From a virus: a stretch of DNA of 64,000 nucleotides. Below are positions 47,851 through 56,783 of this stretch, piece by piece. Each line of letters starts with the position of its first letter. Positions within the stretch are counted from its first letter, which is position 1. The notes beneath the pieces were generated by a model. It had not been told where the DNA came from. It saw only the letters and a program-made list of their open reading frames with translations, and searched no databases. The position numbers were made by a program, and so were the translations under genes. The stretch is taken from IMG/VR virus record IMGVR_UViG_3300033978_000457, positions 36,126 to 100,125 of that record; one strand, given 5' to 3'.

Positions 47851-48535
47851 GATAGCTCCTTAAGTCCTCTGGCGTTCCTAACCCTTGCATCTTTGATACT
47901 TGTTGAATGGTAATTCTTTTACCGTCTTGTATTGCTTCGTTATATACTGGGCAAATATAGAACTCTCCATTAGTTCGTATATTTTTCTGTATCATTTGGT
48001 GGGCGTACTTGACGTAGTCTGCTCCGCTTTTCCAATAATAAATACCTACAGTAGCATCATCACTAATAGGATTTTTTTCGGCTACTTGTTCTACCAGTTC
48101 GCCCGATACTTTTGCAAAGGACCATTTAGGGTTTGTATCTTTGAAAGTTAATATACCACCATCGTATTGAGAAAATAGCTTAATGGTCTCTGCACTGTTC
48201 CATTCAATTAGCTGGTCACTGTTTGCAATAAGAAGCGGTATGTTGTAATTTATATGATCTTCTGCAAGCAGAGAAGTGCACGCTGCACCCTCTGTTATGC
48301 TATCTACTACGATTATCTTACAAGAAGGAGCAAACGATCTAAGCTCATACTCCAAGTTATACTCGTAGTAATGCTCCCTTAAAACTAGGAAGATATACCT
48401 GGCTTTAGTAATACCTATGTTTTCATACACTAACTGTATCATAGGTTTGCCGTTAATTTTGATCAATGGCTTTGGTAATTTATAGTGCTCTAGAAATCTA
48501 GAACCCCTACCAGCCATTGGAATTAATATATTCAT
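47825..48535 (-). CDS. sugar/phosphate nucleotidyltransferase-like protein
   Basis: IPMAGRGSRF, PKPLI, TEGAA, NSDQ, EK, GTPEDL. Confidence 0.85.
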   Translation of the reverse strand: MNILIPMAGRGSRFLEHYKLPKPLIKINGKPMIQLVYENIGITKARYIFLVLREHYYEYNLEYELRSFAPSCKIIVVDSITEGAACTSLLAEDHINYNIPLLIANSDQLIEWNSAETIKLFSQYDGGILTFKDTNPKWSFAKVSGELVEQVAEKNPISDDATVGIYYWKSGADYVKYAHQMIQKNIRTNGEFYICPVYNEAIQDGKRITIQQVSKMQGLGTPEDLRSYLDNNISQR

Positions 48536-49085
48536 TAAGTACCTTTACTAAGTGGTCTCTATTTTGAATTTTTATAACTTCGCTAGCCCTACTATCCCAT
48601 GCTGCTTTAAGTCCTATAGGACTGTCCTCGAAAATAACAGAGTGAAGCATTGGAAAATGATCTATTAATTCATTATAAATTTCAGGATCTGGTTTAGGTT
48701 TGACAACATCTTCGTTACTACGTATAAATAAAAATAAATGCCCTACACCTAGGTTTTTCAACGCAGTAAGTATAGAGCTTCTAATTGAGTTACTAGCTAC
48801 ACATAAAATATTGTGCTCTGCTAGTTTACTTAGCAGAGCAATTAATTCTTTATCTTCTTTTACATTATCGAAAGATGTGTATTTTTGTTTTGTTTTTGCA
48901 ACTTCTTCTGGGGCTCCAAGCATGTCCAATTTCGTGAGAGTTGGAAGACCATTGTATTTACTTAAATGATCTTCATAGGAGATTGGTAGATAATTATGTT
49001 CAATTAGAGCCTTATTTAAGGCTTCAAAATGCATATCCTTAGTATCTACTAGAACCCCATCGAGATCAAAGATCATCAGTTGCAT
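48507..49085 (-). CDS. HAD-family phosphatase
   Basis: FDLDGVLVDT, ASN, KPDPEIY, FEDS..G. Confidence 0.9.
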   Translation of the reverse strand: MQLMIFDLDGVLVDTKDMHFEALNKALIEHNYLPISYEDHLSKYNGLPTLTKLDMLGAPEEVAKTKQKYTSFDNVKEDKELIALLSKLAEHNILCVASNSIRSSILTALKNLGVGHLFLFIRSNEDVVKPKPDPEIYNELIDHFPMLHSVIFEDSPIGLKAAWDSRASEVIKIQNRDHLVKVLNEYINSNGW

Positions 49086-49609
49086 CAAAACATCCTGGGA
49101 AGATTTCGCGCGCGAGTGCGTTGCCTTCATGGAAGTGAACAGCTCCCCAATATTCTGAGCTATTGAGTTTAATTGGCAGAAACCGAATAGACCCTCCGTT
49201 ATCAAACGTAAGTCGATTAGAAGCATACTGGTTGTCTACGTCTTGAGTAAGATTTAGAGCGCGCATGATTTCGTTAACGCACTCGTCTTCTGTATCATAG
49301 CACATGAGTACTCTAGAGCCTGCTAGCGCGGCCTCTACTGCTTCTTCAATTGTCATTTTCTTTCCTCTTTGCTAGTTCTTCTTGAACCTGCCCTATGTTA
49401 AAAATGCCGCCACGGTAATAAAATCTGCCCGACCTTTTAACTCTATGAGCTGCCTCCCAGCTCTCTAGAACAAATAGTGGGACCATTCTAATATTCAAAG
49501 TATAACTCCAATAACCATGACCACCACAACAAGCCAGCATATACCAAGGAAGGCCCAGCGGCCCGCCTTGGTACATAGTGCTAGTAACATTAAGAGGCCT
49601 AATATTGCG

Positions 49610-50422
49610 TTAGACATCAAAGCAGGCTTCCGGGTTAAACTTAGGGTTCACTGCACGGTTAAAGTAACCATATGGGTTACCAAGCACGTTTGTTTCGCCG
49701 ATCATATAATCAATTTTGTGATGCATATGACCATGAACCCAGAACTTCAGGTTCTTAGCAGCAAGCACGTCTGCATCGAGTGCAGTGTAGTACGCGCCGT
49801 TAAGTTCACTGCCATACCGGCCGTTGCGAAACTCCGGAGCCACAGATTTGTAGCTAGGAGCCATGTGAGTCATGACAACAGCGGCATCGTAGTCGCCGTC
49901 AAGACGATCGAAGATGTACTGTTTGCTGATGCGATGCTTATGAAGACTCTTCCAAGGGGTGTTTCCAGCCCAAGTAATGTAGTCATTCATGCCTTGTGCG
50001 GCTGCAGTGATCGTGTCCAGGTTTTCGTTGTCGAAGTCTGTCCAAAGCGGGGCACCGATGAAACGAATCTTGCGCTCCATACCATGCTCGTCTGTTTCAT
50101 AGAGATCAATACGATTGTTGTCTAGATGAAAGAGATTCTTATAGCGCTCAAGAGCGGGGGTAAGAACAGCAATAGGGTCAGCGTTAGGGTCCGTCCAGTT
50201 GTAGCCTTCGTGGTTGCCGCTAGTATAAAGCACAGTCTTATACTTTTTGCACACTTCTTCTAGGAAGTAGTGATACCGCGCAGCGACGTTAGGCTTGCTG
50301 TCAAAATGGTTTGCAAGAAAGATATCGCCTGCCAGCAGCAGGACGTCAGCTTTCACTTTATTTCGTGGAATGAATGTGTTGCCGAACTCTAGATGAAGGT
50401 CGGACATATATGCAACACGCAT
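49610..50422 (-). CDS. metallophosphoesterase
   Basis: SDLHLE, LAGD, GNHE, THMAP, HGHMH, NPYGY. Confidence 0.9.
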   Translation of the reverse strand: MRVAYMSDLHLEFGNTFIPRNKVKADVLLLAGDIFLANHFDSKPNVAARYHYFLEEVCKKYKTVLYTSGNHEGYNWTDPNADPIAVLTPALERYKNLFHLDNNRIDLYETDEHGMERKIRFIGAPLWTDFDNENLDTITAAAQGMNDYITWAGNTPWKSLHKHRISKQYIFDRLDGDYDAAVVMTHMAPSYKSVAPEFRNGRYGSELNGAYYTALDADVLAAKNLKFWVHGHMHHKIDYMIGETNVLGNPYGYFNRAVNPKFNPEACFDV

Positions 50423-50427
50423 TGTAA

Positions 50428-50817
50428 TTACTTTCTAGGATGTTTAGGGGGCCAGCCATTTACATGTCCAAGCTCGTGGCACATAAGGTTGGCATATTGT
50501 CCGCCGCCTTTAAAAGTGCAGGGGTTTGGTAATGTGTCTGGAAATGTAACAAACGTATCTTTGTCGGCTAGTTTGCTACAAACAAGTTTTGCGTATCTTG
50601 AGCGATTTTCGCAAGCTAGAGGCATAGTCATTAGTTCTACACTAGCGCAAGCTGTTGCTTCTCTGTCTCCAGTTAATCGCTGACATTTTTTCTGAACAGC
50701 TTTTTCTGACAGAAATTCAATACGCACAGCAGTATCTTTTTGATAATTAACTGGTGGTTGTGTAATTTTTGTTCCGCTGGGGAGTATAAACGCGGCAAGA
50801 ATTAGTGCTTTAGACAT
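50428..50817 (-). CDS. secreted Cys-rich protein with HExxH motif
   Basis: Signal-like N-terminus, CHELGH. Confidence 0.5.
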   Translation of the reverse strand: MSKALILAAFILPSGTKITQPPVNYQKDTAVRIEFLSEKAVQKKCQRLTGDREATACASVELMTMPLACENRSRYAKLVCSKLADKDTFVTFPDTLPNPCTFKGGGQYANLMCHELGHVNGWPPKHPRK

Positions 50818-50882
50818 AAAAAAATCTCCGAGTTAGCTATAATCATAGCCCATCTCGGAGACAAAGTCAAGAATTATTTTTT
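50815..50882 (-). repeat. duplicated promoter/RBS cassette, copy 1 (copy 2 at 51799-51866)
   Basis: Near-identical ~68 bp with TTGACT-N17-TATGAT and an internal inverted repeat. Confidence 0.85.
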
Positions 50883-51519
50883 GTGTGCCTTCTTAAATAG
50901 ATCAATATCCGCATCTTCCTGTGACAAACTTATCTTCACCGTCTCGGCCGAACCACTTCCACATCATGCATTTACTGCCTAGGCATTTTGTAATGCCTTC
51001 GTCATAGCTGCTTCTATTGAAAGAAGTTTCGCTGCCTCTCATGCGCCCAAACGGGCACCACTTCTTCTTAGCTTCATCTTCAGTATAATAAGTCATTAGT
51101 AAAAATTCTCCCAAATTGCTTGTAGCAAAATCCAAGTTACAAATGCCACAAGAGAGATGCTCCAAATTATCCACGTAACCCCCAGCGCCCAAGTGACACC
51201 AAGATAGTGTGCTGCCAACCCTACTGGCACAGTCAGCACTACGAAGGTCAGAATCAATCTAGGGATCATTTAAGCATTGTCCTCAACTTTTCAGCAACTG
51301 CACGTGCTGCATCAAACTCGACCGTTTTACGGTCAGCGACACGTATGACGCCTTCTAGTGCATCTAGCGCCTCAAGTAATGCCTCATAAGAGGGCAAAGT
51401 TTCCCTAGCGTATTCATATGCACACATTACATCAAACTCGTCCGCCTCAACTGGGCGTCCAGCAATTTCGCTATGCATTTTTAACATTTTTGCAAGGATC
51501 GCTTGCGCTACTTGTTGAA

Positions 51520-51801
51520 TCATTTTTTCCTCCCAATTGCAGTCAGGTCGTCGCTAGCACCAATATACATATATGCACCCTTGTTGCAGATAGGGGCAGA
51601 CGAGAGAAGCTTACGTTGGATCTCAGCGCGCACAGAGTTAGTCTCGTTGTGCATAGCTATGAGCAGCGACTCTTTTTCTTGAACGCACACTACGCCTACG
51701 AGGTCGCTCGTAGGGGGTAGAGTGGTGTCGGGCACATACCGCTCGGGCATGTTCCATGACTTGCCGCGGAGTGGCTTGCGTCTAGTTACCTTCTTCTTCA
51801 T
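51520..51801 (-). CDS. conserved phage hypothetical protein
   Basis: AP..NKGAY.Y......IGRK motif. Confidence 0.6.
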   Translation of the reverse strand: MKKKVTRRKPLRGKSWNMPERYVPDTTLPPTSDLVGVVCVQEKESLLIAMHNETNSVRAEIQRKLLSSAPICNKGAYMYIGASDDLTAIGRKK

Positions 51802-51850
51802 AAAAAATCTCCGAGTTAAGCTATAATCATAGCCTATCTCGGAGACAAAG

Positions 51851-52318
51851 TCAAGAGTTATTTTTTAGTAGTGTCCTTGCCTTATCAATATCACGGTAGC
51901 ACACACCATATTCCCAGTTAGTCTGAACCAGCGGCTGTTCTGGTTTAAAATCCCCGTCATCGTCTAGAATGACATGCTTAGTCACGCCTGGGTTATCATG
52001 CAACCACTCATCTACTTCTTGTCCGCGAAATCCCCCACGGAGTTGGGGAGTTGCGCCAATTACAGGCGCATGAAGCCCCCTATATGCAAACATTCTTTGA
52101 ATCTCAACTAGCGTATGAAATTTGCGCCAAGTAGAAGAAATAACAATATACAAAGAAAATTCTGTGCAAAGTGCATTTACAAGTTTGCAAGCAACTGGGT
52201 CTAGGTCCTCGGCATGGCGATGCATAAGCCCACCATGAACGATGATATTTTCTTTGTTAACGATAAACCACTCACGCGAGTTAAGCACGCCGTCGATATC
52301 AAGGAATAGAACTTTCAT
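51851..52318 (-). CDS. HAD domain protein of RNA-repair (Swiss-army-knife) type
   Basis: FLDIDGVLN, ISSTWR, RG.E, ILDD. Confidence 0.85.
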   Translation of the reverse strand: MKVLFLDIDGVLNSREWFIVNKENIIVHGGLMHRHAEDLDPVACKLVNALCTEFSLYIVISSTWRKFHTLVEIQRMFAYRGLHAPVIGATPQLRGGFRGQEVDEWLHDNPGVTKHVILDDDGDFKPEQPLVQTNWEYGVCYRDIDKARTLLKNNS

Positions 52319-52628
52319 TTGCTTTCCTAAACAGGTCAATAATATCTTGTTTGGTAGTCGAGTGATGATCGTTAAATACAGCAATATTATGGTGGAACTC
52401 CTCTGGTAGAGCGTCTTCTACCAAGTGCTCTGTAGCAAACTCGAGCCCATGGTTTTCTACGTCATTAAGCTCATAACGAGCACGCCCAATAAATCCTAGA
52501 GCACAGAAGCTACAAGCATCTTCGCTCCACGTATCTACAACCTCGCCGCGAGCGTCTCTAGCGTATGTCTTTTGGGTCCACTCGTACTTATCTAGAAGTT
52601 CGATTGCCTTCGTTAGTACTTTGTTCAT
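52299..52628 (-). CDS. conserved phage protein (DUF6197-like)
   Basis: WTQ..YARD, FCALG, FND, LF.KA. Confidence 0.6.
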   Translation of the reverse strand: MNKVLTKAIELLDKYEWTQKTYARDARGEVVDTWSEDACSFCALGFIGRARYELNDVENHGLEFATEHLVEDALPEEFHHNIAVFNDHHSTTKQDIIDLFRKANESSIP

Positions 52629-53118
52629 ATTCATCATCCTCTTTTTCAAAGCTAGAACGTCTATAGTCGCCGCTATCAATGCTGTCACGAATCTGATTCT
52701 CAATTTCATCATCGTAATTATCTTCTGGTAACGCTAGTCTCACCAGTCTACCAACATTCATTATAGCCCAGTGTGCTTTGCGCTCAACCTCACAAGGAGA
52801 GCAGTTGTTGCACTTATCGTGGCAGGAGCATAAAACAAATCCACCACATTCACACTTTTTCTTTTCCAACATTATTGGTAGTATCTTACTAAAGAACCAA
52901 GGTTTAATGTACCTGTCTTTAGGCGATGAACCTACATCATTTTTCCAGCGAAAATATATAATCTTATTGATAGGAAGGCCTTCAATTCCGTGCAGTACGG
53001 TTCGTCCGAACTTTTCACAGCTATCAAAATCATTCACATCAAAAGCAAGTTCCACATCTTTGAATGTGGCGTTTCTGGGATCGCTGCCTTCGGAGTGTAG
53101 GGTAAGTGTACTTTTCAT
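52588..53118 (-). CDS. hypothetical Cys-rich protein
   Basis: ORF 6 nt after promoter -10; multiple CxC/CxxC. Confidence 0.5.
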   Translation of the reverse strand: MKSTLTLHSEGSDPRNATFKDVELAFDVNDFDSCEKFGRTVLHGIEGLPINKIIYFRWKNDVGSSPKDRYIKPWFFSKILPIMLEKKKCECGGFVLCSCHDKCNNCSPCEVERKAHWAIMNVGRLVRLALPEDNYDDEIENQIRDSIDSGDYRRSSFEKEDDEYEQSTNEGNRTSR

Positions 53119-53239
53119 GCTTTCAGCATAGCAGGTTTCGACTTCCTAGTCAAGAGCTATTTTTCACGTCAACTAGAGAAGCGGATCGACGTTCGTCAGG
53201 GTTTCAATAAGTTCTACCTAGAGATCACAAAAATTTTAG

Positions 53240-53268
53240 TTGACTTATTTGAAAAGTCATGGTACTAT
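53240..53268 (+). promoter_or_regulatory. plus-strand sigma70 promoter
   Basis: TTGACT-N17-TACTAT. Confidence 0.7.
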
Positions 53269-53615
53269 AGTAGTACAAGAGCTGAGAAGGACAGAATTAA
53301 TCCCTACCTGTCTGGAGAGCGGTGGGCTGACGCGAGCCATTTTTGTACTATTCGCTAAGCGAGCAGTTCAGCCACACCGCTCTCGTACAGACGTAATTTG
53401 ATTTAATAAAATACACATCATGGCAAGAGCGCCGCAATCCGTGCGTTAAAAACACACCATCTCGGGTCATTTTCAAGCCCCGAAATCCGTTCATTTTGTA
53501 TTGCTGAGCACAGGACTGGGTAAATTATACAGGCTCTCATGGAGCTTTGAGAAACCTAGACGGTGGGAGGGATACATACCCACATTCCGCCCGCCGCCGC
53601 GACACCACCGACCAC

Positions 53616-53650
53616 AAAAAACCCGCTGGGATTGCTCCTAGCGGGTTTCT
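53616..53650. terminator. bidirectional terminator
   Basis: AAAAACCCGCTGGGA/TCCTAGCGGGTTT hairpin. Confidence 0.8.
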
Positions 53651-53657
53651 CGTTTAT

Positions 53658-54050
53658 TTATGTACGTAACGGTAGGTTAGCCGTCTCAGGGGCTAGTAGT
53701 CCTAGTCGAGCCTTCACCATTGCCTCTAGGGCTGTAGGTGTAATGCCAAACTGCTCTAGTGCATCTGGTGTTCGTTCAACAACATACTGTAGAACAGTAG
53801 CGATAAACGCATTGTCGAACTTGACCTCTAGGTTATTCTCTTTTACCTTTTGGGTTGCGTAGCCAATACCGTAGTTAATGGCTTCCTGGAGAATCTTTCT
53901 AGCAGCCTCTTCGGTAACAAGCACTCCAAAAGGAGTTTTAGCTTGAATCCAATCAACAAGAGGTTTTGCTAGTGCATTTAATATAACAAGCAATGCGGGC
54001 ACGCCAAAAGCGATGATCCATACTGCTAGTTCGTTAAAGTTAACAGACAT
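53658..54050 (-). CDS. putative holin (LL-H-like single TM)
   Basis: N-terminal TM followed by amphipathic helices, AI.YA, KARL. Confidence 0.5.
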   Translation of the reverse strand: MSVNFNELAVWIIAFGVPALLVILNALAKPLVDWIQAKTPFGVLVTEEAARKILQEAINYGIGYATQKVKENNLEVKFDNAFIATVLQYVVERTPDALEQFGITPTALEAMVKARLGLLAPETANLPLRT

Positions 54051-54076
54051 TTTTTCTTTCTAAGCTGCGTGCGAAC

Positions 54077-54475
54077 TTAAGCTGCGGCGGAGGCCGCCGC
54101 CCTTATTTTCGCCGAACTTGGTAGTCCTCTATCAATCACTTGATAGGAGACAATATTTGCGCCGAAATAAGTTTCGACAAACGCTAGTACATCTTCTGCG
54201 TCAAAGTCCTTGCACGAATACAAGTCCATTTGTAGCATTCCAGGATAAGGGTTGCCAGGCACATTATCCCAAATATGAATGCTTGCATGAGAAGTTGTGA
54301 TCACAACTACTCCTGTAACGCCACTGTTGTGTGGGTCGTCACAGTACTTTGCCTTGGCAGGCATAAAGATTTCCATATCAACTAGTTTAACCAGCTGAGT
54401 TAGGAAGCTCTCGATAACTCCTTCCGACTTTGGTGGGTTGTCAACGAGTGCTGTCAGTACGAGATGCTTATGCAT
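54077..54475 (-). CDS. speD: S-adenosylmethionine decarboxylase-family pyruvoyl enzyme
   Basis: GVTGVVVITTSHASIHIW, DLYSCK.F. Confidence 0.85.
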   Translation of the reverse strand: MHKHLVLTALVDNPPKSEGVIESFLTQLVKLVDMEIFMPAKAKYCDDPHNSGVTGVVVITTSHASIHIWDNVPGNPYPGMLQMDLYSCKDFDAEDVLAFVETYFGANIVSYQVIDRGLPSSAKIRAAASAAA

Positions 54476-54601
54476 ATAAATGACTCCGAAAGGACTTTCA
54501 ACCTCCCACGGAGATGGGGAAGTTTGACAGTCCAAGAATGGTCAACTTGACCGATTGTCGGGCTGCCGTCCAGACTCTCGTCCGCCTAGCTCCAAATGAT
54601 T

Positions 54602-55039
54602 TTACGTAAGGTGATCCGCAGCATGGCTAGCTGCAAAAGAGTCAGGCTTGATCTTAGCATTTAGGCCTAGACCTCTAGCATAAGATAATACCTCTTTAAC
54701 CGCAACGTTTGACTTGTGTTTAGGGTTGGGGTTAATATCTAAATGGACCTCTAGTTGACGCCCATTTAACTCTTCTAGAACCTCTAGCGCAAGACCAAAT
54801 GCAAAATTTGCTTCGTTCTGTAGTCTTTGCTTTAGGTTTCCGTATTCGGGAAGAGTATAGTCGTGGTGTATAATTCTAGCGCCATTTGCGCTATTCATAT
54901 GCACGATGAAAACTACAACGTAATGTGCGGTTTTGCGGCCGTCTTTTTGTCTGCTAACCGAACTATCGCACCCAATGTAGAAGCTACTTGATGCACTTGC
55001 GGTTTGAATAGCTTCTTTACATTTATCTACGAATTCCAT
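54602..55039 (-). CDS. RNase H-like YkuK family protein
   Basis: YIGCDS, RL.NE, EVHLDIN, KP.SFAAS.AAD. Confidence 0.85.
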   Translation of the reverse strand: MEFVDKCKEAIQTASASSSFYIGCDSSVSRQKDGRKTAHYVVVFIVHMNSANGARIIHHDYTLPEYGNLKQRLQNEANFAFGLALEVLEELNGRQLEVHLDINPNPKHKSNVAVKEVLSYARGLGLNAKIKPDSFAASHAADHLT

Positions 55040-55054
55040 TGTAGTCCTTTGTGT

Positions 55055-55129
55055 TGGCGATCACGGTAGGACTCGAACCCACATAATTGTGCTTAGAAGG
55101 CACATGCCTATCCTTTAGACTACGTGATC
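55055..55129 (-). tRNA. tRNA-Arg(UCU)
   Basis: CTTCTAA loop, CCA. Confidence 0.9.
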
Positions 55130-55218
55130 AGTACGTTTATAAATAAATTTGTCTGTTGGCTTAACAGAGTCCCACAGCATTAGTGCCATACCAAGGACTA
55201 CTTGAATTACGAAAAGCA

Positions 55219-55545
55219 TTAGTCTAATTCCCTTTTTGTTATTTGTTTACCTATGCGGCGCGTATCTTTAGAAGATTGACGCTTGAGCGCACGATTGTTT
55301 CTGCGCTTAGCCCCAGTTTCATTAAACGTATCCATTTTACCAGAACCATCTGGCTTAGCAGACTCAAAACGCCAGTAGCCACGAGACTTCTCGTTTTTAC
55401 CATCAGCACCCTTCTCAGTGAGTTTCTGGTCCCTGCGCTCACGAGCTTCTCTAGCGGCGTTCCGATATAGATTTACCCCAAGGCTTGCCCATGTTCTTAG
55501 GGTGCGCTTGGGGTATACGTGATTATTTCGTTTTGTGTCACTCAT
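55219..55545 (-). CDS. basic hypothetical protein
   Basis: Arg/Lys-rich ORF. Confidence 0.5.
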   Translation of the reverse strand: MSDTKRNNHVYPKRTLRTWASLGVNLYRNAAREARERRDQKLTEKGADGKNEKSRGYWRFESAKPDGSGKMDTFNETGAKRRNNRALKRQSSKDTRRIGKQITKRELD

Positions 55546-55701
55546 TTTAAACAGTCCTAGCAAGCCGGTGGGGTATCTGGGATTAGTGATATCCTATTCT
55601 ACCCGTAGGTAGAACTCCTTGCCCATCCTCCGTTTAACGTATGGCCTGTTACGTCTGCCCGTCGGCACTTTCCTTACTACGCTAGGACTCTTTAAAGTGA
55701 G

Positions 55702-55775
55702 TGGTGCTTCTTCTGAGAATCGAACTCAGGATTGAGGATTACAAAACCACCGGTATACCATTTACCTAAAGAAGC
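55702..55775 (-). tRNA. tRNA-Thr(UGU), weak anticodon stem
   Basis: TTTGTAA loop, two U-U mismatches, CCA. Confidence 0.8.
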
Positions 55776-55822
55776 ATGTGGAGTGTAAGTTTTGATTAGC
55801 ATTTCTCCAGTGGCTAATTCTA

Positions 55823-56119
55823 TTATACTACAACTGCAGTAGGAGCGCTGTCTCTGTATCCTGGGCCCTTAGCGTTACTGGCACGCACTGTGCAAATAAT
55901 TCTACGCCCAACATCCCCAGCTACAACTACGTATGTATTACCTGTTGCAGTACCTGTACCGTTCCAAGAATAAGTGTATGACAGCGGTGTATTAGTCCAA
56001 GTTCCGTTAGATACCGTCAATGTTTGGCCCACCGCAGCAGTTCCAGTTATAGCAGGAGCTACTGTATTTTTAGGCCTTAAAAGGCGACGACGACGTCTAC
56101 TAGGTAATACTTCTTGCAT
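55823..56119 (-). CDS. small Ig-like domain protein
   Basis: P.ITGTA.VGQTLT...GTW, YTY.W, D.G..I.C.V.A.N. Confidence 0.75.
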   Translation of the reverse strand: MQEVLPSRRRRRLLRPKNTVAPAITGTAAVGQTLTVSNGTWTNTPLSYTYSWNGTGTATGNTYVVVAGDVGRRIICTVRASNAKGPGYRDSAPTAVVV

Positions 56120-56239
56120 ACGATTCCTTTAAAGGCTGCTCGATTGAGGGCTCTTACCCCACCATTCGCTAGGCATCGCTCATCCTAGTGGTGTATTCTC
56201 ACCCGTATCTTAGTTGGGACCAAGCCGTTATGATTTTGA

Positions 56240-56314
56240 TGGCGTTCCAAGAGAGAGTCGAACTCCCGACCTAACCGTTCGTAGCGGTTTGCTCTTCCTC
56301 TGAGCTACTGGAAC
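56240..56314 (-). tRNA. tRNA-Arg(ACG)
   Basis: CTACGAA loop, CCA. Confidence 0.92.
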
Positions 56315-56418
56315 ATATTGAATTAGGTAGAGCTGCAGTTCATGAGAACCCTAGCTGAGAGGGTGTGTGACATTCGCTTAGCCCACACAACTCGTTAGTG
56401 GGTACTCGTACCTAAAGA

Positions 56419-56494
56419 TGGCGGTTCTGACGGGTACCGACCCCGCTAATGTCCGGTTGACAACCGGGTGTGTTTACCAATTCACCACAGAACC
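56419..56494 (-). tRNA. tRNA-Asp(GUC)
   Basis: TTGTCAA loop, atypical T-loop GTCGGTA, CCA. Confidence 0.88.
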
Positions 56495-56569
56495 AATAAT
56501 GGATTAGAAGGTAACGGCTTACACGCTACAGCTGGCTGGAGGCATTTCTGACACTCCCTTCTAAATGTA

Positions 56570-56783
56570 TAATATATAAGAGAGTTGTGCTTCTTCTTTT
56601 TCCCAATAGTCTTTTTCTGAGCGTCGACGCCCGTGTGAGAAAGAATCTAAGGTAGTGATAGCAGGATTGAAGCTGCTAGAAGTGGCACTTAAACCGCGCA
56701 ACTATAGAAACGTGCTTACCCGTCTTCACACGGTCCGACATTCCGCCTATAGCCTGTAGCTAACACAACTCACTTATATATTA
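56570..56783 (-). ncRNA. ~214-nt rod-like RNA, 6S-like architecture
   Basis: Closing stem of about 20 bp, central bubble, inner GTCGGACCGTGTGA/TCACACGGGCGTCGAC stem. Confidence 0.55.

Noticed and set aside
56218-56233. 16-nt exact match to the tRNA(CAU) anticodon arm (59443-59458)
   Set aside because: About one 16-mer repeat is expected by chance in 64 kb, and there is no further similarity
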